This document shows positions 35,864-44,924 of a stretch of DNA of 64,000 nucleotides, one piece after another. The notes under the pieces are model-generated. The model saw only the letters and a program-made list of their open reading frames with translations. It was not told the origin of the DNA and made no database searches. Source of the DNA: Candidatus Marinacidobacterales bacterium. GTDB lineage: Bacteria > Acidobacteriota > Vicinamibacteria > Marinacidobacterales > DATDRI01. Location of the stretch: the NCBI GenBank assembly GCA_965226495.1, contig OZ245365.1, positions 1,248,001 through 1,312,000 of the forward strand. Reading direction: 5' to 3'. Position 1 is the first letter of the stretch. Every line of letters begins with the position of its first letter. The translations under genes were made by a program, and so were the position numbers.

Positions 35864-37556
35864 AAAACGTTTGTTCGAAGTGGTTCTGAAGGCTACGTTC
35901 GGTATCGCCGTATTGTCGGTTGTCGGTTGCGCCAGCCCTTCGGCCGACGCACCAGACCTCATCCTGCATTCGGGCAAGATCCTCACGGTGAATGACGGAT
36001 TCGAGATCGCGGAGGCACTCGCGATTGCCGACGGAAACATCGCCGCCGTCGGAACCGATGCGGAGATCCAGCCTCTGGCGGGGACGGACACGACGGTGTT
36101 TGATCTCGAAGGCAGAACCGTAATCCCCGGCATCGTCGATGCGCACTCCCACCAGGATGGCTACGGGATGCACATTTACCGCGCCGATCTTTCGAAGGTG
36201 GGTAGCGTCGCGGAGATGATGTCCGTCGTCGAAGCCAAAGTTAAACAAAGCCAGCCAGGAGAATGGATCACCAATTCCGGCTTCTGGAACGAGACCAAGC
36301 TCGAGGAGCGCCGTAACCCGACACGCTTCGACATCGATCCGATCTCTCCCGAAAACCCGGTATACCTAGGCCGCGGGCATCTGGGCATCATTAATACGAA
36401 GGCGATGGAAGCCCTGGGTATGGACGAAGACACGCCTAACCCTCCGGGCGGGACGATAGAACGGGATGAGCAAGGTCGTATCACCGGCCGTTTGTACGAG
36501 AGGGCCCTCGATCCGTTGGAAGAAGCCGTTCCCAAGCCGACTCATGAACAGAGGATGGGTGCCATTCTCCAAACGTACAAAGAAATGGCAGCGGCCGGCG
36601 CGACCAGTGTGCGTTCTGCAGGAAGTCCCATTGAAAGCATCGCCGCTTACGTCGAGCTCAACGATCGCGGTGAGCTGCCGCTTCGCACGGGTGTCACCGC
36701 CTACCTGAATCCCAATCAATCCGCTGAGCAGATCGAGGCGTGGCTCCAGCGACTACCCCCGGCTTCCCGGTCGGGCGACATGTTCCATGTCTGGGGAGTG
36801 AAGATGACTGCCGACGGTGGCTCGGATCTCGCGTACCTCCGCCGCGACTACGCGAATCGACCGGGATTTAGGGGCCAGTTGGGCGGATCGCTGGAAGACT
36901 TCACGACCGCGGTTTCTCTATGCAACCAATACGGGAGGAGAGTCGGGATTCACGCGCTCGGTGACGCGGCCATCGATTTTACCCTCGACGCCTACGAAGC
37001 GGCCGACGCGGAAGACTCGATAGTGGACAAGCGTTGGTCCATCGAGCACGGTTACCTCATTCAACCGGAGCAGTACCCGCGGATGAAGCGCCTCGGGCTC
37101 ATCATTCACCCACAGACCTGGCATCTCTATCACTTGAGAAGAAACTTCCTCGACAACTACGGACAAGAGTATGCCGATATGTCGCATCCTTACCGCGATC
37201 TGGTGGATCAGGGGATCCCCATCGCCGGCGGGATGGATTGGAGAGTCGCTCCGTACGATTACTTCTTCTTCATGTGGGTCGCCATCACGCGGAAGACGCT
37301 CGACGGAGAAGTGGTAGGTCCCGATCAAGCCCTGACCCGCGAGGAAGCGCTTCGCTTCCATACCGTCTGGGCCGCCTATTCGACTTTCGAGGAAGATCGG
37401 AAGGGTTCGCTCGAGCCCGGGAAATTCGCCGATCTTGCCGTGCTCGACAACGACTACCTCGGCGTCGAGGAGGACGAGATCAAAGACATCCGCCCTCTGC
37501 TCACCATGGTAGGGGGCCAAGTTGTTTTTCGAGATCCTGACTACACCTTCCCCTAA
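35853..37556 (+). CDS. Amidohydrolase 3 (YtcJ-like), probable lipoprotein
   Basis: Lipobox-like VVGC, PGIVDAHSH, IHALGD, IEHG and GSLEPGKFADLAVL. Confidence 0.9.
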   Translation: MTTRKRLFEVVLKATFGIAVLSVVGCASPSADAPDLILHSGKILTVNDGFEIAEALAIADGNIAAVGTDAEIQPLAGTDTTVFDLEGRTVIPGIVDAHSHQDGYGMHIYRADLSKVGSVAEMMSVVEAKVKQSQPGEWITNSGFWNETKLEERRNPTRFDIDPISPENPVYLGRGHLGIINTKAMEALGMDEDTPNPPGGTIERDEQGRITGRLYERALDPLEEAVPKPTHEQRMGAILQTYKEMAAAGATSVRSAGSPIESIAAYVELNDRGELPLRTGVTAYLNPNQSAEQIEAWLQRLPPASRSGDMFHVWGVKMTADGGSDLAYLRRDYANRPGFRGQLGGSLEDFTTAVSLCNQYGRRVGIHALGDAAIDFTLDAYEAADAEDSIVDKRWSIEHGYLIQPEQYPRMKRLGLIIHPQTWHLYHLRRNFLDNYGQEYADMSHPYRDLVDQGIPIAGGMDWRVAPYDYFFFMWVAITRKTLDGEVVGPDQALTREEALRFHTVWAAYSTFEEDRKGSLEPGKFADLAVLDNDYLGVEEDEIKDIRPLLTMVGGQVVFRDPDYTFP

Positions 37557-37568
37557 GGAGACAGACAG

Positions 37569-38063
37569 ATGCTGCTATCCGATACTCTGACCGCAGAGTT
37601 TGCCTTCGAGTCTGAAACGACGAAGAAGCTGATGGACCGGCTTCCCGAAGACAAGCTCTCTTGGACGCCCCACCAGAAGTCGATGACGCTCAGTCGGCTC
37701 GCGACCCACATTGCTCAGATCCCCGAATGGGGGGAGACCATCGTGCAGCACGAGAGCTTCGACATGGCCAGCGTCGATTACAAACCCCTCGAGCTCGGGA
37801 GTCGACAAGAGGTTTTAGATCTTCTCCAGAAGAACCTGGCGCAGTTTGCGGAGATCGTGAAGGGGAAGGACGACTCGTTGATGCTCGCGAAGTGGCAGCT
37901 CAAGCACGGCGACCATGTTGCCGTCGACGTACCGCGCATCGCGGCGCTTCGAGGTTTCGTTCTGAACCACACCATCCACCATCGCGGACAGCTATCGGTT
38001 TACCTCCGCCTGAACGACGTCCCCCTTCCTGCCATGTACGGGCCTTCCGCCGACGAATCCTAA
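37569..38063 (+). CDS. DinB/YfiT family protein
   Basis: WTPHQKSMTLSRLATHIA and NHTIHHRGQLSVYLR...P.MYGPSAD. Confidence 0.92.
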   Translation: MLLSDTLTAEFAFESETTKKLMDRLPEDKLSWTPHQKSMTLSRLATHIAQIPEWGETIVQHESFDMASVDYKPLELGSRQEVLDLLQKNLAQFAEIVKGKDDSLMLAKWQLKHGDHVAVDVPRIAALRGFVLNHTIHHRGQLSVYLRLNDVPLPAMYGPSADES

Positions 38064-39277
38064 TTCATGGGCGGTCCGACTGCGACAATAGGCTCGTTAG
38101 GCCGGAAATGCAGAGGGAACTTGGTCACCGGTCGCATGGGGTCCTTCAAGTCCACCAAGTAAGGAGCACGGTCCTTCTCTTTGACATCCCCGAGTTCGAA
38201 AACCACGGTGGAGGCGGCTAGGGCGGAGCCATCGGGTGAGGCCGCAATTCGCGTGCCATAAGGATGAGGCCAATCATCGAACTTCCCCGACATCCGCGCG
38301 ACCGTGGTAAGCCGTGGTGGGGCAGTGCCCATCGGTATTTCGGCGATAGAGAACATCATCCTGTCCCCTCGGAAGATCCAGAAGCCCGAAGATTTGGCGG
38401 GACTGAATACCGCCGCATAGAGGGTCTCGCCATCCGGCGACCAATCGAGATGTCCCAATACGTACTGTTCGACAGGGAGCTTCGGCACCAAGGTCTCTTG
38501 GAGTCCGGCCTCTGAGAAGATAAGGATGAGCGCCCCTGTCGGCCCGCCGCCGGCGACGGCCATTCGCTCCCCATTTCGATAGGGCGCCATGAAAGGGGAG
38601 AGCTCGTCGATCCCATGTTCCTCTAGTTCTCTCTTGGTCAGCTCGAAGAGTGGCAAGAGAGTGAGGTCCTCCAAATTCAGTTTTCCGAATTCTTCAGCCC
38701 GGAATACGCGTTTGCTCTTTGGATCGCTCGTCGGCTCGAATCGTGTTGCCCGGTAATAGACGGTGTCGCCAGCGTCGTAAAGCATGACGGTTTCCTCGGT
38801 TTCGCCGGACGTCACTTCGCCAGTGCGGAGATCGACTTTGTTCAGCGTTTCGCCGCCGAAGTAAAGGCTCCCTGCGATTTCCGGAATCGGTGATGCCGTT
38901 GCTATCGTAGCCGCGCCGCGCGGGAGCTCGATCCTCTCGCGCGGTTCAGGAGAGTTGAGAGGTAGTAGTAGTATCCCGCTCGTTGACAACACGATCACCC
39001 GCTCGCCGCCCGCCTCCCATTGTGCATCGATGACGCCCGCATCTTCGTCGGGTTCGGACACTAGAAAGATAGAACGCGTCGCTCCGCTGGCGCGATCCAA
39101 CAGCACGACACCAGACTCCTTCGCCGTCGGGTCGTAATAGGAGTAGAGCAGCTTAGAGCCGTCGGGACTCCACGAGGGTCGGGAGGGTAGGCAAGCGGAA
39201 ACGCACAGAATAAGTGCCAGAAGACTGACCACCGTGAATAATTCATTGCGATTTCCAATCTGATTGAGTCTTTCCAT
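38060..39277 (-). CDS. Lipoprotein with TolB-like beta-propeller
   Basis: AGGAGG RBS, lipobox VSAC, WSPDG twice and ASPDG. Confidence 0.75.
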   Translation of the reverse strand: MERLNQIGNRNELFTVVSLLALILCVSACLPSRPSWSPDGSKLLYSYYDPTAKESGVVLLDRASGATRSIFLVSEPDEDAGVIDAQWEAGGERVIVLSTSGILLLPLNSPEPRERIELPRGAATIATASPIPEIAGSLYFGGETLNKVDLRTGEVTSGETEETVMLYDAGDTVYYRATRFEPTSDPKSKRVFRAEEFGKLNLEDLTLLPLFELTKRELEEHGIDELSPFMAPYRNGERMAVAGGGPTGALILIFSEAGLQETLVPKLPVEQYVLGHLDWSPDGETLYAAVFSPAKSSGFWIFRGDRMMFSIAEIPMGTAPPRLTTVARMSGKFDDWPHPYGTRIAASPDGSALAASTVVFELGDVKEKDRAPYLVDLKDPMRPVTKFPLHFRPNEPIVAVGPPMN

Positions 39278-39307
39278 CTTCTTCGCCTCCTCTAGACGGG
39301 AAGAAGA

Positions 39308-39322
39308 GCAAGGACGGTGCCA
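39308..39322 (-). promoter_or_regulatory. sigma54 promoter P1 (drives 39277 lipoprotein)
   Basis: TGGCAC-CGTCC-TTGC on the minus strand, matching the -24/-12 consensus. Confidence 0.85.
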
Positions 39323-39376
39323 ACGCGCAGAGACTCATCGGTGGCAACATACCGTGGACAGAACGCCTCGTATCGC

Positions 39377-39408
39377 TTCGGATATCGAAACGGTGTTCGT
39401 GTATCGAA
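39377..39408. promoter_or_regulatory. Tandem upstream activator palindromes for P1
   Basis: TTCG gatat CGAA acggtg TTCG tgtat CGAA, 54 bp from P1. Confidence 0.8.
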
Positions 39409-39589
39409 ACACGCCCTAGCCTCACCAGCTCGCTAAGTCCTTGCTTCTAAACTGTCGATTCTGTTGAACTGTGTTTCCGCGACGGCATGAATCTGGCAGT
39501 TCACCAAGCAGGTTCCACCATGGCGTACGAGGCTTCACACCGCTTCACTCGGTGGTTTTCTGGCTGTAACATAGCTGCAGAGGTACCTC

Positions 39590-41167
39590 GTGGACGATTG
39601 GTCCCCTGAGACAACGCTCGATCCGAACAGCCCGCTGTCAGAGACTGGGACAGGACCGTCGCATCGACTTCTTGCTATCTACGAAGTAGGCCGATTGCTG
39701 TTGGAGCAGCGCGAGCCGCGCCAAATCATACTGACGATTCACAAAGCCCTCGTCGACCACCTCAAGCCCGATCATGCGTGCGTCCTGAGCGTCGGCGGGA
39801 ACGGCTCTCTGCACGCGGTGACGGCGCACGACCTGGATCTCGACAAACCCGAGGACGCCTGGCCTATCAGCCGGACCGCTTTGCGGCAAGCTCAAGAGAC
39901 GGGCCTCGCGCTTCTTGCGAAAGACGTTCTGCAAGATCCACAGTTCGGCGGCTCTCAGAGCGTCCACAAGTTCAGTATTGGGTCGGTCCTGTGTGTTCCG
40001 CTGGGAAAGGACCCGGTGCGCGGTCTGATTTATGCCGACCGCCGCAACAAGCGCGATGCGTTCACCCGGGAAGACCTCGAGTTTCTCACCGCCATCTCGG
40101 TCTACACCGGCCTAGTGCTGGAGCGCGCCGAGGAGTATCTCCGAACTTCGGAGGCGCTCAAACGTAGGGACGAACGGCTGGAGCTACTCGAAAGGGAGAT
40201 TCTCCGTTATGAGATCGTGGGAAAGTCGCCTCGCCTACTAGAGTCGTATGACCACTTGCGTCGATTAGCAGGGGCCGGCGCGCGGGTTCTGCTTAGGGGA
40301 GAAACAGGCACTGGCAAGGAGCTCTTCGCCCGTGCCTACGCCGCCGCCACCGAGCGAGGGAAGCCTTACGTGCCAGTTCCCATCCCGGCCCTTGCCCCTA
40401 ATCTCGTCGAGTCGGAGCTCTTCGGGCACGTAAAAGGGGCTTTCACTGAGGCCTCTCGCGACAAAAAAGGTTATCTCGAGGTCGCGCACGGCGGGGTCTT
40501 GTTTTTGGACGAGATCGGCGATATCGAACCGGCGACCCAGGTGAAACTGCTTCGCTTTCTGGACTCCGGGGAGCTTCACCGGGTCGGAGACACCGACCCA
40601 CGACACGTCGACACGCTCGTTGTCTCGGCTACGAATCGCAATTTGGAAAAGCTCGTAGAAGAAGGACGTTTTCGTTCCGATCTCCTGGCGCGCCTGGGAC
40701 ACCCGATCGAGATCCCACCTTTGCGCGAGCGCACCGGGGACATCCCGATTTTGGTGAACCACTTCAATGAAGTTTACTGCCGGGGACCGAAGCGGAAGAC
40801 CTTTGCGCCGGAGAGTATGGAGCTGATGAAGCGTTACCCCTGGGAGTTCAACGTACGCCAGCTTCAGCAGGTCGTGGAGCATGTGGTGTGTCTCGTCGAT
40901 CGCGAGACCATACTCCCCGAAGACTTGCCCGATTTCGTCCGCCTCGGCGCGGAACTGCCAGGGCCCACCTCGGGTGGGCTCGGGAGCGGAGATCGCGGCT
41001 CTCGGCCCTTGAAAGACGTCATCGACGAGGCGGAACGCGCGCATATCACACAGACCCTCGAGCTCACCGGCGGCAATAAACGCAAAGCGATCAAGCTCCT
41101 CGGCATATCCTCGGAAACCTTTTATAATAGGCTCGAGGAGTTCGGCCTTCACAAGAAAAAGTCCTAA
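39590..41167 (+). CDS. sigma54-dependent enhancer-binding protein, GAF-AAA+-Fis HTH
   Basis: GAF region (ISRT...SVLCVPL...GLIYAD...FTREDLEFL), GETGTGKE, ESELFGHVKGAFTEA, LFLDEIG, SATNRNL and C-terminal HTH GGNKRKAIKLLGIS. Confidence 0.93.
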   Translation: MDDWSPETTLDPNSPLSETGTGPSHRLLAIYEVGRLLLEQREPRQIILTIHKALVDHLKPDHACVLSVGGNGSLHAVTAHDLDLDKPEDAWPISRTALRQAQETGLALLAKDVLQDPQFGGSQSVHKFSIGSVLCVPLGKDPVRGLIYADRRNKRDAFTREDLEFLTAISVYTGLVLERAEEYLRTSEALKRRDERLELLEREILRYEIVGKSPRLLESYDHLRRLAGAGARVLLRGETGTGKELFARAYAAATERGKPYVPVPIPALAPNLVESELFGHVKGAFTEASRDKKGYLEVAHGGVLFLDEIGDIEPATQVKLLRFLDSGELHRVGDTDPRHVDTLVVSATNRNLEKLVEEGRFRSDLLARLGHPIEIPPLRERTGDIPILVNHFNEVYCRGPKRKTFAPESMELMKRYPWEFNVRQLQQVVEHVVCLVDRETILPEDLPDFVRLGAELPGPTSGGLGSGDRGSRPLKDVIDEAERAHITQTLELTGGNKRKAIKLLGISSETFYNRLEEFGLHKKKS

Positions 41168-42297
41168 CGCGGAACCGAGAGCCGCATCCGCGCGATGCCC
41201 CCAGCATGATCTGATGGCCATCGGCCCGATGACGTAAGATCCCTCACCTCCTCGCCCACCACGACTGCCTGGATGGGGCCGATTGGCGGACCATGTCCGT
41301 TGGCGGTGTTTCGGGCCCAAATCAGATCGATCCGCCGATTCAGTTGCGGCTCCGGATTGTCGAGTAGCTCGGCGTGACAACAGGTGTCGCCTGGCCTGGC
41401 CCGCCCTCTTTTCGCCGCCCATGCGTCGACGTAGCCCGCCCAGGCGAACTGCAGGTAAGGTGGCACGATGTCGTCGACAACCGGATCGTCTGGATCCGAG
41501 TTGAAGTCCCCGACGACGATCACTGGGTCGTCCGCTGCCGCCAGGATGCCGAGGAGTTCCTGCGCCTGTAGCGCCTGAAAAGCGAGGGCCGGTCCCTGAA
41601 AATCCACCTCCAAATGCGTGTTGACGAAGTGGTATTTCCGTCCACGAACCCACGCGTCGACCGACGTGAAACCCCGCAGGAACTCGAGCTCGGCTCCGGC
41701 TATGGAGACGGGAACGTTGAAAGTGTAGTTTTGCGACATGGCGTTCGCAGTCCCGACGTCTCCGCGAACGAGGATCACGTCCCGATCGGTCACTCGCCCA
41801 TCGAAGAACAGCGGAATCCCATTCGAATCGAATCCATCAAACCCAGGCAGCTCAACATCGACATTCTGAACGAGTGACGCGACGCGGTAATCCAAACCCC
41901 GACGGTCGAGAGCCGCGAGCAGGAGATCCAGATAGTCGAATTCAACATCCACCGCAGGGGTGGCGTTCAAATCACCCGGAAACTGCGTCCGGATCAAGAA
42001 GGCCTCCTGAAGTCCGATGAGCTCGGGCCTTTTTCTCGCGATCTCGTCCGCAATGGCCTCCATCCGCTCGGGTGGATTGCTCTGGCGTATGATTTTGAGG
42101 ATTTCGGCGACTTTAATAGAGAGATCGAACGGTGACTGCGCTTCCAGAACGCGGAAGACGTCGGCCCCAAAGTAGAGGTTGCGCGTCATCACTTTGACGC
42201 TTCCAGAACGGCGGTTCACGCCGTCGTGCCCCAGAACGAGCGGCGTCGTCAGAAGTACGAGAACAAAGGACATCCAGCGAGTCATTCTCCGTGTCAT
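41164..42297 (-). CDS. Secreted endonuclease/exonuclease/phosphatase (EEP) family hydrolase
   Basis: AAGGAG RBS, signal peptide, MTRNLY, GLQE, NTHLE, GDFNS, RIDLI and SDH. Confidence 0.9.
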   Translation of the reverse strand: MTRRMTRWMSFVLVLLTTPLVLGHDGVNRRSGSVKVMTRNLYFGADVFRVLEAQSPFDLSIKVAEILKIIRQSNPPERMEAIADEIARKRPELIGLQEAFLIRTQFPGDLNATPAVDVEFDYLDLLLAALDRRGLDYRVASLVQNVDVELPGFDGFDSNGIPLFFDGRVTDRDVILVRGDVGTANAMSQNYTFNVPVSIAGAELEFLRGFTSVDAWVRGRKYHFVNTHLEVDFQGPALAFQALQAQELLGILAAADDPVIVVGDFNSDPDDPVVDDIVPPYLQFAWAGYVDAWAAKRGRARPGDTCCHAELLDNPEPQLNRRIDLIWARNTANGHGPPIGPIQAVVVGEEVRDLTSSGRWPSDHAGGIARMRLSVPR

Positions 42298-42433
42298 TCG
42301 ATAGCTCCTTTCGCGCAGGTAGGGCATGGAGTCGAAGAATCCGTGACATCCACGGCTGTGGATTGGCAGCTGTCTCGACCCGCTAGGGGCATCCTTCGAC
42401 TCCATGCCTTTCTTTCCTGGCGTGCTAGGTACA

Positions 42434-42448
42434 GCAAATGCGATGCCA
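42434..42448 (-). promoter_or_regulatory. sigma54 promoter P2 (drives EEP hydrolase)
   Basis: TGGCAT-CGCAT-TTGC on the minus strand. Confidence 0.85.
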
Positions 42449-42502
42449 ACAGGGAGGCGTGAACCAGGCAGTGTTTATGCGCAGCTAGTGATACGGGAGT
42501 AG

Positions 42503-42533
42503 TTCAGATTTCGAACGCGTTTCGATTTACGGA
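42503..42533. promoter_or_regulatory. Tandem upstream activator palindromes for P2
   Basis: Minus strand TCCG taaat CGAA acgcg TTCG aaatc TGAA, 54 bp from P2. Confidence 0.72.
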
Positions 42534-42549
42534 GAGGTTCTACGCGGTC

Positions 42550-44697
42550 TCAAAAACGGAAGCGCAACTTTCCTACGATGAGCCTAGTGAGGATGTCGCC
42601 AAAGACGTGTTGTTGGATCTCTGAATTCATCAGATTGGTGATCTCTATGATGGTGCTCAGCTTCCCGTCCTCCCACCGGATTCCGAATCCGGCGTTGACG
42701 AGCGTGTAGGCGTCGCTAGGCCCGTGAAAGCGAGCGTCCAAGACGTCCTGCCAAAACGACCAAAACGCATCGTCGGCGAAGTTCACCGATACGTTGCCGA
42801 AGTATCGGCCATAGTTAAAGCTGAAGCCAGCGTTGAAACGGTGCGTCGGTGGCAGGTTGAGCTCGCTGAGATCGAATCCCGTCGGCTCCGGCTCGTCTTG
42901 CCACGAATAGTTCGCAAAAACGCCGAAGAATGGGTTGATGCTCGTATCAACGGAAAGCTCTATCCCCTTGTCCCGAACGCGCTCAAGATTCCGAAACGAG
43001 AGCTCGGCGGGAAGCCCCAAGCCGGCCCGGTCTAGCTCGTCCAAAACGCTCGGTGGCAGCGGCCAACCTGGGGGTGGGTTCGTGCTGTCGTAGGTGTCGG
43101 TTTGAGTGAATTGGATGATGTCGTCGATTTCGTTGATATAGAAGGCCGCGCTGACGATGGTGCGGCCCTCGATGACCCCGGTGTAACCGAGCTCATAAGA
43201 GGTAAGGGATTCCTCTCGTAGCGCTGCGTTTCCGACGGCGGCAACGGGAAAAACGAACGGATCCCCGGGGAGCGATGGGACGATCGATTCGAGGTCTACC
43301 GCGTCTAAGATGACCGTATCCAGAAAGTTGTTCACCAAGGATGGTGCGCGGAAGGCGCGGTTGAAGGAGATACGGAACGTTTGGTCCGGGTTGGGTTTCA
43401 CCATGAAACTGGTTCGTGGTGAAAAAACAACGTCTTCCAATACATCGAACTTATCGATACGTCCGCCCACCACCCAGCGAAAATGCTCGGAGAGGAAGAT
43501 CTCGTCTTGGATATAGAGCCCAACCTCGTCGCGGTTGTCCCTAACGGGTGCCAGGGAGATATCGAACCTGTTGTGACGCACGTTCCCCCCGTATGACAGC
43601 AAATGCTTGCCTCCGATTACATTCAAGTTTCCGAGCTCGATGTCGTAGGTCTGGTTCTTGAAAGTGAAATTGATGGGTTGGCCATCGGCGCCGATGGCAA
43701 GAAGCGCAGGTGCCTCGCTATCGGTGATGTTGGTGAAAAATCTCAGACTGAAATCGCCGCGCTGATACCGGACCGTTCCGTAGGCGAGAAAAGTCTCTGG
43801 CTTGATCGCGAAGGGACCGAGGCCGGAGTGAACGATTCCTCCGGTGCCCGCGTAGCCGCCCGCGAAGACGAACTTTTGCGGCCGGCTCAGATCTTGCCGA
43901 TCGCTAGGAAAGTCGTAATCGAAACGGACATCGAACTGGGGCTGCCTTGTCCCCTGGTTAGCGTACGGCGGATAGGGGGTTTGGAATTCGTTGGGAATCG
44001 TGCCGGTGGGGCGAGGGAGGGCGTGCTGGGCGTAGATCCCAGCCGAGATCTTGAATGCGAGCCGCTCGCTGACTGCCTGTCCATAGGTGCCATTCAAGGC
44101 GAACAGATTTCCGCTATCCTGCTCGTTCCCTTCGACAGAACGGTCGAACCCTCCGAAGTCGATCGCCAGGGTAGTACCCAACATTTCTCGAGGAGGCTTG
44201 GTGATGACGTTGACGACGCCAGTCATTGCGTTGGCTCCCCAAACTGCGGAAGCAGGCCCGCGGATGATTTCAATCTGTTTGATCTCGTCGGTGTTGATGG
44301 GAAGCAGGTCCCAGAAAACGAAACCAAAGAAATCCTGGTAGATGGTTCGTCCGTCGAGCAAGGCGAGCTGCGATGTGACGAGGGTCGAGGTCGAGGCGCG
44401 GCTCCTGAGATTGATGTCGCGAGCCGACATCTGAATCACGTTGAGGCCGGGGACGACGCGCAGGAGATCGCCGTAGTTTTGCGCCGGAGAGCTCTCAATG
44501 ACACGATAAGGCAAGACGCTCACGGTGGCGGGCGCATTGACGAGCTCCTCCTGAAGCTTGGAGACGCTCACCACGATCACTTCCTGGTAGGGGGGAAGGT
44601 CCTCCTTATCCTGTTCCTGGTCTTGTCCGTCCTCAGTGAGCGGAAAAGGAAGCGACAGGAAGGTGGCGAGCAGGGGGGTTACACACCAGACCAACAT
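42550..44697 (-). CDS. TonB-dependent receptor
   Basis: Signal peptide, TonB box EVIVVS, plug motif IEIIRGPASAVWGANAMTGVVNVITK, RAFRAPS and terminal F. Confidence 0.93.
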   Translation of the reverse strand: MLVWCVTPLLATFLSLPFPLTEDGQDQEQDKEDLPPYQEVIVVSVSKLQEELVNAPATVSVLPYRVIESSPAQNYGDLLRVVPGLNVIQMSARDINLRSRASTSTLVTSQLALLDGRTIYQDFFGFVFWDLLPINTDEIKQIEIIRGPASAVWGANAMTGVVNVITKPPREMLGTTLAIDFGGFDRSVEGNEQDSGNLFALNGTYGQAVSERLAFKISAGIYAQHALPRPTGTIPNEFQTPYPPYANQGTRQPQFDVRFDYDFPSDRQDLSRPQKFVFAGGYAGTGGIVHSGLGPFAIKPETFLAYGTVRYQRGDFSLRFFTNITDSEAPALLAIGADGQPINFTFKNQTYDIELGNLNVIGGKHLLSYGGNVRHNRFDISLAPVRDNRDEVGLYIQDEIFLSEHFRWVVGGRIDKFDVLEDVVFSPRTSFMVKPNPDQTFRISFNRAFRAPSLVNNFLDTVILDAVDLESIVPSLPGDPFVFPVAAVGNAALREESLTSYELGYTGVIEGRTIVSAAFYINEIDDIIQFTQTDTYDSTNPPPGWPLPPSVLDELDRAGLGLPAELSFRNLERVRDKGIELSVDTSINPFFGVFANYSWQDEPEPTGFDLSELNLPPTHRFNAGFSFNYGRYFGNVSVNFADDAFWSFWQDVLDARFHGPSDAYTLVNAGFGIRWEDGKLSTIIEITNLMNSEIQQHVFGDILTRLIVGKLRFRF

Positions 44698-44833
44698 AGG
44701 CAGTTTTCGTTGCTACGGAAGCTACTCGGTCCCGGCCTCGGAGTCAATCCGGTGAAAAGGGAGAGTTTCCCGTCTGATAAGACGGTCGCTGCGCAACGCA
44801 AGACGCCGCAGCAGACCGCGGGGAAGGCCGTTT

Positions 44834-44862
44834 TTGACACCACGAAACGTCCCTACTATTCT
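44834..44862 (+). promoter_or_regulatory. Putative sigma70 promoter of the kinase-TonB gene
   Basis: TTGACA-17 nt-TATTCT, about 60 bp upstream of ATG 44925. Confidence 0.65.
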
Positions 44863-44924
44863 CTAAGGTGGGCGGCACCTTGCACCCCAGTTAACATTCC
44901 AACCTCTGCCTTCTGGGAGATTTG

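Noticed and set aside
39483-39497. Possible fifth sigma54 promoter (CGGCAT-GAATC-TGGC) for the activator itself
   Set aside because: Both boxes deviate from consensus, and the spacing to the UAS (~74 bp) differs from the 53-54 bp of the other four.
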